Shown piece by piece: positions 19,199-28,023 of a DNA stretch of 44,045 nucleotides. The notes beneath the pieces were generated by a model. The model did no database searches and was not told the DNA's origin. It worked only from the letters and a program-made list of their open reading frames with translations. The first letter of the stretch is position 1; each line of letters starts with the position of its first letter. Source of the stretch: Veillonella sp. (lineage in GTDB: Bacteria > Bacillota > Negativicutes > Veillonellales > Veillonellaceae). Both the position numbers and the translations under genes were made by a program. The DNA is taken from NCBI GenBank assembly GCA_022737715.1, contig JAIITD010000001.1:1-44045 (forward strand), given 5' to 3'.

Positions 19199-19435
19199 TT
19201 AGTCCCTTCCAAAAAAGAAACTCACTACAGCAATAACGATAACTGCACCTACAATGGATGGAATTAAGGCCATACCCGCAAGACTAGGTCCCCAGGTACC
19301 AAGTAAAGCTTGACCCACAGAGGCCCCAACTAAACCTGCTACAACACGAAGAATAATTCCCATGCTTTTCGCTTTCTTAGTAATACGTCCAGCTACGAAA
19401 CCAATAAAACCACCTACGATAATAGACCAAAGCAT
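19199..19435 (-). CDS. GlsB/YeaQ/YmgE family stress-response membrane protein
   Basis: 78 aa, Gly-rich three-TM pattern (IIVGGFIG..AG, AGLVGASVG, SIVGAVI). Confidence 0.88.
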   Translation of the reverse strand: MLWSIIVGGFIGFVAGRITKKAKSMGIILRVVAGLVGASVGQALLGTWGPSLAGMALIPSIVGAVIVIAVVSFFFGRD

Positions 19436-19444
19436 ATGTACCTC

Positions 19445-20254
19445 CTACTGATGTACGTCAGATAATTCTAAAGGAAATAAATTCTCGCCTTGTACATCAA
19501 TTTTATTTTTCTCTACATATTGTTTACGCATATTCCATAAAATAGTCAAATCATCTGAATCTATTTTATTTAATGCATAGATTCGTATAAATCGAGATCC
19601 ATAATAACCTTTCAAGCTATCTGGAATTCCTTTCGTTCCTTCTCCCAGAATACGAGTATTAAAATATCCCTGAATTTCTTGTTTCGATTGATCAATAATG
19701 ATAAATCCTGAACCATCCAATATATATATTTTAGCATCTCTTTGTTTAAGCGACTTTACATTATTCGTGATAAAAAACGATGTATCCAAATCGATGAGAG
19801 ATGATTCATAACCTGATTGATAATAAGGCTCTATATAATGAGCCCCCTTATCCGTAGCATTTAACATATCGGTAAAGTTATGCTGTTCTTCAGCTGTAAA
19901 ATCCCGAAAACTACTTATATTCTCAACATGGCGCACGCCCTTTTGATAGTTTTTTAGTTGCCCTGGATCAATATGTGTTCCCTTAAATTGAACTGCATTA
20001 AGGCGAATGGTATTATCCCTTACATTATAAATACCATAACCTTCATAGCCTAAAAAATATACATTATCACCGATTTGCTTCATCGCCAACAGTCGCTTCG
20101 ATATAATAGCATCATTTGATGTAACCATTAATGTATGCTGTTCTGGATCAACTTTCACAGACTTTACATCATCATTAACCATTGACATTGCCCAATAGGA
20201 CAACCCCATTAAAAGAATGGCAACAATGATAAAGCCCAGTCGTTTTGCATTCAT
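19445..20254 (-). CDS. Hypothetical membrane-anchored or exported protein
   Basis: 269-aa ORF with SD AAGGGG and an N-terminal hydrophobic helix; no family recognised. Confidence 0.75.
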   Translation of the reverse strand: MNAKRLGFIIVAILLMGLSYWAMSMVNDDVKSVKVDPEQHTLMVTSNDAIISKRLLAMKQIGDNVYFLGYEGYGIYNVRDNTIRLNAVQFKGTHIDPGQLKNYQKGVRHVENISSFRDFTAEEQHNFTDMLNATDKGAHYIEPYYQSGYESSLIDLDTSFFITNNVKSLKQRDAKIYILDGSGFIIIDQSKQEIQGYFNTRILGEGTKGIPDSLKGYYGSRFIRIYALNKIDSDDLTILWNMRKQYVEKNKIDVQGENLFPLELSDVHQ

Positions 20255-20283
20255 TTTAACCCCTTATGAATACACATCTCATA

Positions 20284-20754
20284 TTATATCTTTAATGTTC
20301 GAATCCTATCATCTATGGATTCCCCATTATATGTAAACTCTTTATCTAGCTCCAGCAAGGGCTCCAAAACAAATAGTCTATCCCAAAAATAGGGATGAGG
20401 AATCACTAATCGAGCATCAGCGATATACATACACGCACCATCATCCGATAGGGCATATACAATATCCAAATCAAGTGTTCTTGGTCCCCAATGAATATCC
20501 CTCTTACGTTGAGCCTCACATTCTAATGACTGTAAGACATCGAGTAAATCGTGAGGTTCTAATGAGCTAGATACACGCCAAACAGCGTTTAAAAACACAT
20601 CTTGTTCTGTATAGCCCCATGGCTCTGTTTCAATAATAGTTGAACTGGTAATGCTATGCACCTCTGGATGTATAGAAAGTGCATGATATGCGTCATCAAT
20701 AAACTGACGGCGATTTCCTATATTAGAACCTACACTAATATAGTATGTATACAT
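20284..20754 (-). CDS. folK: 2-amino-4-hydroxy-6-hydroxymethyldihydropteridine pyrophosphokinase
   Basis: SVGSNIG, ETEPWG, WGPRTLDLDI, IPHP, FVLEPL. Confidence 0.95.
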   Translation of the reverse strand: MYTYYISVGSNIGNRRQFIDDAYHALSIHPEVHSITSSTIIETEPWGYTEQDVFLNAVWRVSSSLEPHDLLDVLQSLECEAQRKRDIHWGPRTLDLDIVYALSDDGACMYIADARLVIPHPYFWDRLFVLEPLLELDKEFTYNGESIDDRIRTLKI

Positions 20755-21116
20755 TAAATTTGACCTCGAGTCGTTACAACCTCTACATAATCTAATACAC
20801 CAGCTATCGGCACAGACGGTTTTCGTACGGCCACACTAAGGCCGATAATACCTTGAAAGTGTTGATACAATGTATCGGCAATCAATGCTCCTATATGTTC
20901 TAAGAGATTACAACTTTCACCAGTCATAATGGAAGCTACCATGTTGTAAACCTCAACATAGTTGATAGAATCCTCTAACACATCTGTTTGACCTGGTTTT
21001 GTTAAATCAGTCTTGATTTCAACATCTACGTAGAATCGTTGACCTTGTGATTTTTCAGAATCTAAATTACCATGATACCCATAAAAAGCCATATTCTTTA
21101 ATATGATTTTATCCAT
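20754..21116 (-). CDS. folB: Dihydroneopterin aldolase
   Basis: FYGYHG...E..GQRF, INY, NLLE, KP motifs. Confidence 0.95.
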   Translation of the reverse strand: MDKIILKNMAFYGYHGNLDSEKSQGQRFYVDVEIKTDLTKPGQTDVLEDSINYVEVYNMVASIMTGESCNLLEHIGALIADTLYQHFQGIIGLSVAVRKPSVPIAGVLDYVEVVTTRGQI

Positions 21117-21126
21117 AGTAAACTCC

Positions 21127-21963
21127 TTATTCGCCCCGCAACAATCCGTCTGCTACAGCTAGAGCTCGTTTATGCATCAATACATTATGCACGCGAACCA
21201 TATCAATTCCTTGAAATACTCCTGTAATACAAGCAGCAACAGTCCCTTCATCGCGTTCTTCTGGAGGTAAACCACCGAGCATTGAACCTATAAAGCCTTT
21301 TCGACTAGGTGCCAATAACACCGGATATTCATAAGCTGTAATTTCGCCTAAACGTTGTAATACCTCAATATTTTGTTCCTCGGTTTTACCAAAAAATCCA
21401 ATACCTGGGTCGAGCCAAATATTTTGTGGTTGTACACCTTCTTTTAACGCTTTATCAACAGCCGAGAAAAAATAAGCTTTCATATCTTCAATGATGTCAT
21501 CATAATTTGTATCATTGCTATTATGCATAATGATAACTGGTACACGATATTTTGCTGCTACAGCTGCCATATCAGGATCATAATGCAATCCCCATATATC
21601 ATTTAGAATATGCGCCCCTTTAGAGAATGCATAATCTGCCGTTTTTGCATGGTATGTATCAATGGAAACAGGAACAGAAGATGCTTCTAATACAGGATCC
21701 AGTAGTATGCTAAGACGTTCAATTTCTTCATCCGCACTCAATGGAGTACATCCAGGGCGTGTAGATTCAACACCTAGATCAATGACATCAGCCCCATCTT
21801 GAATCATTTGTTTAGTCCATGTAACTGCTGTTTCTGGTGTATTATGCAATCCACCATCAGAAAAAGAATCTGGTGTGCCATTTAAGATTCCCATAATTAA
21901 TGTATGGTCAAATAAGCGTAATGATTTTCCATCACTCCAAGTATATTGTCTACGTTTATACAT
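21127..21963 (-). CDS. folP: Dihydropteroate synthase
   Basis: MGILNGTPDSFSDGG, ESTRPG, SIDT, LDPGIGF, SRK, VRVHNV. Confidence 0.96.
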   Translation of the reverse strand: MYKRRQYTWSDGKSLRLFDHTLIMGILNGTPDSFSDGGLHNTPETAVTWTKQMIQDGADVIDLGVESTRPGCTPLSADEEIERLSILLDPVLEASSVPVSIDTYHAKTADYAFSKGAHILNDIWGLHYDPDMAAVAAKYRVPVIIMHNSNDTNYDDIIEDMKAYFFSAVDKALKEGVQPQNIWLDPGIGFFGKTEEQNIEVLQRLGEITAYEYPVLLAPSRKGFIGSMLGGLPPEERDEGTVAACITGVFQGIDMVRVHNVLMHKRALAVADGLLRGE

Positions 21964-22519
21964 TTGTGCCTCCTAACATAGCCAATGCTTCATCTCGCAA
22001 AGAGCCAGCCTCCCTTAATAGGCCTCTACTTTCTATAGTAACAACTTGCGAGCCTTGTTGCAAAGTCCCCTTCATCAACATACATAATTGTGTTGCTTTA
22101 AGACGTACAAAAACACCTTCTGCTGATAAATCACGTTCTATAGCGTCAGCGATTTCTCGAGTTAAGCGTTCTTGTAATTGTGGCTTTCTACTTAACACCG
22201 TAATTACATCATTAAACTTACTTAAGCCAGCTACACAACCACTATGTGGTTGATATATAACATCTACAGTACCAAAAAATGGCAATAAATGATGTTCACA
22301 CATTGAATAAAATGGAATGTCTGTAACTGCTACCAAACCATTGTAGTCCGTAGAAAACAGTTCACCCCATAGTTTCTTTGTTTCCTTCCCGACACCAGAA
22401 AACAGTTCTTCATACAATTCTGTTACACGGGTCGGCGTTTTTTCTAACTCCGGCGCCTTTGTATCAACGGATAGAGCACGTAAAAACTGTTCTATACCTT
22501 CTTTTGCAAGTTGATTCAT
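21956..22519 (-). CDS. folE: GTP cyclohydrolase I (divergent)
   Basis: TPTRV, SMCEHHLLPFFG, GLSK, PQLQERLT. Start moved from 22579 to the ATG at 22519 behind SD AGGAGG. Confidence 0.88.
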   Translation of the reverse strand: MNQLAKEGIEQFLRALSVDTKAPELEKTPTRVTELYEELFSGVGKETKKLWGELFSTDYNGLVAVTDIPFYSMCEHHLLPFFGTVDVIYQPHSGCVAGLSKFNDVITVLSRKPQLQERLTREIADAIERDLSAEGVFVRLKATQLCMLMKGTLQQGSQVVTIESRGLLREAGSLRDEALAMLGGTNV

Positions 22520-22527
22520 AGGCCCTC

Positions 22528-24084
22528 CTAAACGATTTTCGTTGTCCAATCCTCTATATTCCAAATATCGGTAACCCAACCTTCATAGAATTCCGGTTCA
22601 TGACTAACGAGAACAATGGTTCCCTTAAATTCACGCAATGCCCGTGCCAATTCGTCCTTAGCATAGATATCCAAATGATTTGTCGGTTCATCAAGAACAA
22701 GAACATTATATTTCTTCTGCATCAATTTGCAGAGTCGCACCTTTGCATTTTCTCCACCGGATAGGACACGCATTTGAGATGTAATGTGTTCGTTCGTCAA
22801 TCCGCATCGCGCTAGTGCTGCACGAACTTCGGCATTCGTCATAGCCGGATATTCATTCCAAATATAGTCTAACGCAGTTTCTGAATTAGATGGTGCATCC
22901 TCTTGAGCAAAATAACCTACTTCGAGGAAATCACCCTTCACCAATTCACCGCTGACAGGTTTTAACAGTCCTAAAATGGTCTTTAATAATGTGGTCTTAC
23001 CTAAACCATTGACACCGCGGATAGCGATTTTTTTGTTTCGTTCAATTTGAAAATCTACAGGTCTTGTGAGCGGTTCGTCATAACCAATCTCAAGGCCAAA
23101 GGCTTCAACAATAAAACGACTAGGTGTACGACCTTCTTTAAAGCCAAAGGATGGTTTGATATATTCCTTCGGTTTTTCAAGGATTTCCATTTTTTCTAAC
23201 CGTTTAGCACGGGAATTTGCCATACCGCGCGTAGCCACACGTGCCTTATTGCGTTGAATGAAATCCTCCATACGCTCAATTTCTTGTTGTTGTCGTTCGT
23301 AAGCCTTACGCGCTTGTGCCTTTTGAACTTCATAAGCAGCTTGGAACTGATGATAATCCCCCGTATATCGAGTAAGGACAGCTTGCTCAATGTGATAGAT
23401 GACATTGACTACGGAGTTTAAAAATTCCATATCATGAGAGATTAGAATGAATGCATTCTCGTAATTTTGCAAATAGTTTTGCAACCAATAAATATGTTCT
23501 ACATCTAAATAGTTTGTTGGTTCGTCTAATAGCAATATGGTCGGCTTTTCTAATAATAGTTTCGTCAACAAAACCTTCGTACGTTGACCACCACTTAGCT
23601 CAGATACATCACGCTCCAAACCAATATCCATAAGACCTAAACCTTGTGCAGTTCGTTCAATGACCGCATCAATCTCGTAGAACCCACGTTGTTCTAAGAT
23701 TTCTTGCCATTCACCGACTTGTTCTAAGAGACGGTTCATTTCATCTTCTGATACATCACCCATTTTATTGTATGCATCATTGATCTTTGACTCCATAACA
23801 TACAAATCATCAAAGGCACGTTGTAATACATCGCGAATTGTCATGCCCTTTTCGAGTACTGCATGCTGGTCTAAGTAACCTACTGTTACTTGATTAGACC
23901 ACTCTATTTTGCCTTCATCTGGTGGTAGTTTGCCGGTAATGATGTTTAAGAAGGTAGATTTACCTTCTCCATTAGCACCTATTAAACCTACATGTTCCCC
24001 CTTTAACAGTCGAAACGATGCATCATCTAATATTTGTCGTGCCCCAAAGCCATGAGTCACATGGGATACTGTTAATACACTCAT
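22528..24084 (-). CDS. ABC-F family ribosome-associated ATPase (YfmM-like)
   Basis: Two NBDs (GANGEGKS, GVNGLGKT), LSGGQ and LSGGE, DEPTNYLD and DEPTNHLD, inter-NBD linker, no TM helices. Confidence 0.92.
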   Translation of the reverse strand: MSVLTVSHVTHGFGARQILDDASFRLLKGEHVGLIGANGEGKSTFLNIITGKLPPDEGKIEWSNQVTVGYLDQHAVLEKGMTIRDVLQRAFDDLYVMESKINDAYNKMGDVSEDEMNRLLEQVGEWQEILEQRGFYEIDAVIERTAQGLGLMDIGLERDVSELSGGQRTKVLLTKLLLEKPTILLLDEPTNYLDVEHIYWLQNYLQNYENAFILISHDMEFLNSVVNVIYHIEQAVLTRYTGDYHQFQAAYEVQKAQARKAYERQQQEIERMEDFIQRNKARVATRGMANSRAKRLEKMEILEKPKEYIKPSFGFKEGRTPSRFIVEAFGLEIGYDEPLTRPVDFQIERNKKIAIRGVNGLGKTTLLKTILGLLKPVSGELVKGDFLEVGYFAQEDAPSNSETALDYIWNEYPAMTNAEVRAALARCGLTNEHITSQMRVLSGGENAKVRLCKLMQKKYNVLVLDEPTNHLDIYAKDELARALREFKGTIVLVSHEPEFYEGWVTDIWNIEDWTTKIV

Positions 24085-24103
24085 TATCTATCTCCATCGG
24101 AAT

Positions 24104-24128
24104 AAAAGCCGTCTAAATAAGACGGCTT
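24104..24128 (-). terminator. Terminator-like hairpin in the ABC-F leader
   Basis: Minus strand AAGCCGTCT-tattt-AGACGGCTTTTATT. Confidence 0.7.
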
Positions 24129-24151
24129 AGTTCACACTAATTAATATATTT

Positions 24152-24181
24152 ATTGTACCTTGATTACACTAGATATGTCAA
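24152..24181 (-). promoter_or_regulatory. SigA promoter for the ABC-F/fol operon
   Basis: TTGACA-18 bp-TACAAT. Confidence 0.7.
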
Positions 24182-24184
24182 AAT

Positions 24185-25333
24185 TTACACTTCTAATGAT
24201 TCCGCATAACGCAAGGCAACAACGGCCATAATCTTAGCACCTTTAATAGCTTGGTCCAATCCATAAGGAGACCCTGCAGCACAAGCAAACTCAGGGGTAT
24301 GTGCTTCTAACTGATTCCCTATATTCAAAGTAGGCTGCGCCGTAGGCACTTCATAGGATACATTTCCTACATCAGTACTGCCATCTGCCTCATCTGGTGG
24401 TAATTTTCGTGGGCTTTCACCAAACTCAGTCATCACCTCGTCAAACAAGGATAATAAACGTTCATCTTGCCTCATATCCTTAAATAAAGGTTCATAATGA
24501 TGCATATCCACGGTAGCACCATAGCTTGTAGCAATGCGATTAGCCTCTTCTTTAATAGCTGGCAAAATAATATCTTCTAAATCAGATACAGTAGCACCAC
24601 GCACTGTCATTCGTAATGTAGCCTTATCGGTTACCACATTGGGTGCAGTACCAGCCTGAGTAAATATGGCACCTACGATAGCCCCTTTGGGAAAGATATC
24701 TTGTTTCATCATTTTAATAGATTGATATAAATCAACAGCACAATCTAACGCATTAATTCCAGAGTCAGTCAAAGATGCAATATGGCATGACCGTCCATGA
24801 AAGGTTACCTCTAGAGGATGGGTAGCCAGCGAGGTACCGCCCACCTCATTCTCTCCGCCTGGATGAATGATGAGAGCCCCATCATAGTCATTAAAAAGCC
24901 CTTCATTAGCCATAAACACCTTGCCACCAATGGTCTCCTCGGCTGGGCATCCAAAAAATGTTGTTCCCCATGTATCGCGAGCGGTTTGACTAAACGCTAT
25001 AGCGGCACCCATGCTCATGATGGCGATTAAGTTATGCCCACACCCATGACCTAATTCAGGCAGTGCATCATATTCACCTAAAAAAGCCATTTTATGCAAA
25101 CGATCTAATCCTATATCACTTCGTATAGCGGTACGCAATTCAGGGCATGTCGTTAGCCCTACGGTCGTATCAAAGCCATGTTGCTCCATATAACGGCTAA
25201 TTGTTTGTACAGCACGCACCTCCTGTTGACCTAATTCAGGGTTGTTATGTAAAAATAACGAAATCGATTTCAACTCATCTTGTATACCATCAATTATGGT
25301 ACACGCTTGAATTTCTCGGTTCTTTAAATTCAT
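24185..25333 (-). CDS. M20 family amidohydrolase (Acy1-like 2 / AbgB-related)
   Basis: NPELG, EYDALP..GHGCGHN, PAEE..GGK, IHP, GSTDVGNVS, HTPEF. Confidence 0.9.
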   Translation of the reverse strand: MNLKNREIQACTIIDGIQDELKSISLFLHNNPELGQQEVRAVQTISRYMEQHGFDTTVGLTTCPELRTAIRSDIGLDRLHKMAFLGEYDALPELGHGCGHNLIAIMSMGAAIAFSQTARDTWGTTFFGCPAEETIGGKVFMANEGLFNDYDGALIIHPGGENEVGGTSLATHPLEVTFHGRSCHIASLTDSGINALDCAVDLYQSIKMMKQDIFPKGAIVGAIFTQAGTAPNVVTDKATLRMTVRGATVSDLEDIILPAIKEEANRIATSYGATVDMHHYEPLFKDMRQDERLLSLFDEVMTEFGESPRKLPPDEADGSTDVGNVSYEVPTAQPTLNIGNQLEAHTPEFACAAGSPYGLDQAIKGAKIMAVVALRYAESLEV

Positions 25334-25353
25334 AAATCCATCCTCATGCCGCC

Positions 25354-26304
25354 TTATAATGTACGTTGTTCTGTATAAGGCGATAATACGATTGTATTAG
25401 AAATATATCGAAAATGAACGTGCCCACCTAATGGCAAGGTCTGATGCGGTGTACCATGTCCCGTTGGCACATAGCATACAAAGGGATCGGATAGATGTAC
25501 CGCTCTATTTTCTTCCATATATCGAAGAGCTTCATAACCTATGTCGTAATCAGATTCGTCCTCATCCCCTTCGCAATCGGTAAAGGTGCCTATCATCATC
25601 CCCTTTATCCGACTTAACAAGCCAGATAATCTCCATTGTTGTAACATACGATCTAGTTTATATGGTGCCTCACCAATATCCTCTATAAATAAAATCGTAT
25701 CCTCTAGGCTATCATCCTCTAAGAAATAAGGTGTACCACACAACATGGAAAGCATAGTCATATTGCCACCGCGCAATATGCCGTCCCCTAGTTCTGTACC
25801 AATTGCGCCTCGCGGAGGCTCTGGTAAAGGTTCGATGACGCGAAGTCGCCCTTCTAAGGTTTCAAATAAATGATGTATGTCTTCGTTACGAGCTCTAGTA
25901 AAATCTACCCCCATCGGACCGTGGTAGGTTACGAGGCGACTATAGCGATTGATAGCCATGTGTAACGCTGTACAATCACTATAGCCAATAAATGGCTTTC
26001 CATATTCACGTATAGCGGTGTAGTCAAGACGATCAATATAGCGCATCGTACCATACCCGCCACGTAACGCTAATACCGCATCACATGGGGCAACAGTCAT
26101 CATCCATTCAAACTCTTGTGCCTGCTCCTCAGGACTGCCCCCATACAAGCCAGTGCGATAACAAGATTCACCAAATATAATCTGATAACCATATTCCTCG
26201 CATATTTGTTGTATCGCGTCTAAAGACTCATCACTACTACTTGCAGGTGCTATACACCCAATAGTCATACCTTTTTTTAAACACCTTGGATACTTCCACT
26301 CCAT
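25354..26304 (-). CDS. LD-carboxypeptidase (peptidase S66, LdcA-like)
   Basis: IAPAS, RGGYG, GYSD (Ser), HGPM, GGN, EDIGE (Glu), GH (His): catalytic triad intact. Confidence 0.9.
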   Translation of the reverse strand: MEWKYPRCLKKGMTIGCIAPASSSDESLDAIQQICEEYGYQIIFGESCYRTGLYGGSPEEQAQEFEWMMTVAPCDAVLALRGGYGTMRYIDRLDYTAIREYGKPFIGYSDCTALHMAINRYSRLVTYHGPMGVDFTRARNEDIHHLFETLEGRLRVIEPLPEPPRGAIGTELGDGILRGGNMTMLSMLCGTPYFLEDDSLEDTILFIEDIGEAPYKLDRMLQQWRLSGLLSRIKGMMIGTFTDCEGDEDESDYDIGYEALRYMEENRAVHLSDPFVCYVPTGHGTPHQTLPLGGHVHFRYISNTIVLSPYTEQRTL

Positions 26305-26385
26305 AATTCCTCACATATATAGCATTGTTTACAAGGTCATGTACTAATAGTAACTATAAACGACCATACATAAATCGTAAAATAC

Positions 26386-26413
26386 AAAAAAGACGTACAA
26401 ATTGTACGTCTTT
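26386..26413 (-). terminator. Terminator after oppA
   Basis: AAAGACGTACAA / TTGTACGTCTTT with a minus-strand U tract. Confidence 0.7.
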
Positions 26414-26421
26414 AGTGTATC

Positions 26422-28023
26422 TTATTTATATGCTTTTTTAAAGTCTACTTGACCAAGTACGGTCCAGAAATAGTTTTGAATGGTTCCATTAGATACATAT
26501 GGTTGTGTCGTAAAGTATAATGGCATAACTAAGGATTCATCAAAAATCATACGTTCTGCTTTATGCATCAATGCATCACGTTCTGCACTATCTGGGGTGC
26601 TACGAATACGAGCGATAAGCTCATTATATTCTTCACTATGATATTGGCTGTCATTATCTTCAGCAGAGAATACTTCTAAGAAGTTTTGTGGGTCCCCATA
26701 GTCAGCAACCCAGGATGCACGAGCCACTTGATATTTGCCAGCCTCGCGATTGGCAAGGAACACCTTAGTCTCTTGATTCTGCAATCGTACATCAGCGCCA
26801 AATGCTTTATGCCATGTTGCTTGAATGGCTTCTGCTATCGCTTTATGCATTTCACTCGTATTATACAAAATCGTAATTGGTGGCAATGGATGATTTTCAT
26901 CATAGCCAGCCTCTTTTATCAATTCCTTAGCTTGCTCTACATCTTCATATACAAGATAGCTACCGGCTTCACGGAAATCATCAGTTCCATTGCTTTCAAG
27001 CATACCATATGGAACAAATGCATACGCTTCTTCCTTACCACCTTTTACGATGTTCTTTACAATTTCCTTACGATTAATAACCATGGAAAAGGCTTTACGT
27101 ACATCAGGATTGGTAAAAGGTTCTGCTTTCACATTAAATAGGTAATAATAGTTACCAAGCATAGGGCCTATGTGCAATAAACCAGCTTCTTCTAACCGTT
27201 GTTGATCTGCTACAGGAGGTTCTACCATCATGTCCGCTTCGCCACCTTCAACGAGAGTGAGGCGTGTACTTTGAGATTCACTAATCGGCCAATTCATCGT
27301 TTTTGTTACAACTTCATCAGCATCCCAATAGTTTTCATTTTTGACAAAATTGAGCTCTCCATTATGTTGCCAACTCAACAATTTATAAGGCCCATTAGAA
27401 ACAATTGTTTCCGCATTATTGCCCCAATTTTCATTATTTTCTACAGTTTTTTTATTCACCGGATAATAGCCATGAGAGGCCAATAATTTTAAGAAATATG
27501 CTGTTGGATGTTCTAAGGTAACAACTAATGTATCGTCATCAATTGCTTCTACACCAACATCATTGCGATCGGCTTTGCCATTATTGAAAGCTTCGCCATT
27601 CTTAATCACATATAACATATAGGCGTTATCAGCGCCTGTATCCGGATCCAAGGTTCTTTTCCAAGCATACTCAAAATCATGAGCTGTTAATGGTTCTCCA
27701 TTAGACCACTTCAGATTAGGTCTCAAATGGAATGTATATGTTGTACCATCATCTGACATAGTCCAACTCTTTGCTATGGCAGCCTCTGGCTCGCCTTTAT
27801 CATCTAAACGAACCAAACCATCAAATAGCTGTAATTGAACGGTCGCCTCAGGTGATGTACTAGACTTAGCCGGATCTAGTGTTGATGGTTCTTGTTCCAA
27901 TACATATCGTATCGTATGCTCATCAACAATCTTAGGCCCGTTAGTATACCCAAAGACGAGTAGCAATATACTTACGCCAAAGGCTAGTACCACGAGCTTA
28001 AGCAATTTACGTTTATCCATCAT
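26422..28023 (-). CDS. oppA: Oligopeptide/muropeptide ABC transporter substrate-binding protein (OppA/MppA family)
   Basis: EPSTLDP, YTFHLR..KWSNG.PLTAHDF, SNGPY, RASWVADYGDP. Confidence 0.92.
   Translation of the reverse strand: MMDKRKLLKLVVLAFGVSILLLVFGYTNGPKIVDEHTIRYVLEQEPSTLDPAKSSTSPEATVQLQLFDGLVRLDDKGEPEAAIAKSWTMSDDGTTYTFHLRPNLKWSNGEPLTAHDFEYAWKRTLDPDTGADNAYMLYVIKNGEAFNNGKADRNDVGVEAIDDDTLVVTLEHPTAYFLKLLASHGYYPVNKKTVENNENWGNNAETIVSNGPYKLLSWQHNGELNFVKNENYWDADEVVTKTMNWPISESQSTRLTLVEGGEADMMVEPPVADQQRLEEAGLLHIGPMLGNYYYLFNVKAEPFTNPDVRKAFSMVINRKEIVKNIVKGGKEEAYAFVPYGMLESNGTDDFREAGSYLVYEDVEQAKELIKEAGYDENHPLPPITILYNTSEMHKAIAEAIQATWHKAFGADVRLQNQETKVFLANREAGKYQVARASWVADYGDPQNFLEVFSAEDNDSQYHSEEYNELIARIRSTPDSAERDALMHKAERMIFDESLVMPLYFTTQPYVSNGTIQNYFWTVLGQVDFKKAYK

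Noticed and set aside
22520..22579. N-terminal extensions given by the ORF track for folE (similarly birA, oppF, oppB, rrf2)
   Set aside because: Downstream ATGs have proper SD sequences and match family N-termini; the extensions overlap upstream genes, SDs or promoters.
22528..24084. ABC-F as an antibiotic-resistance (ARE) gene
   Set aside because: It resembles housekeeping YfmM-type proteins and sits in a core folate operon with no mobile context.
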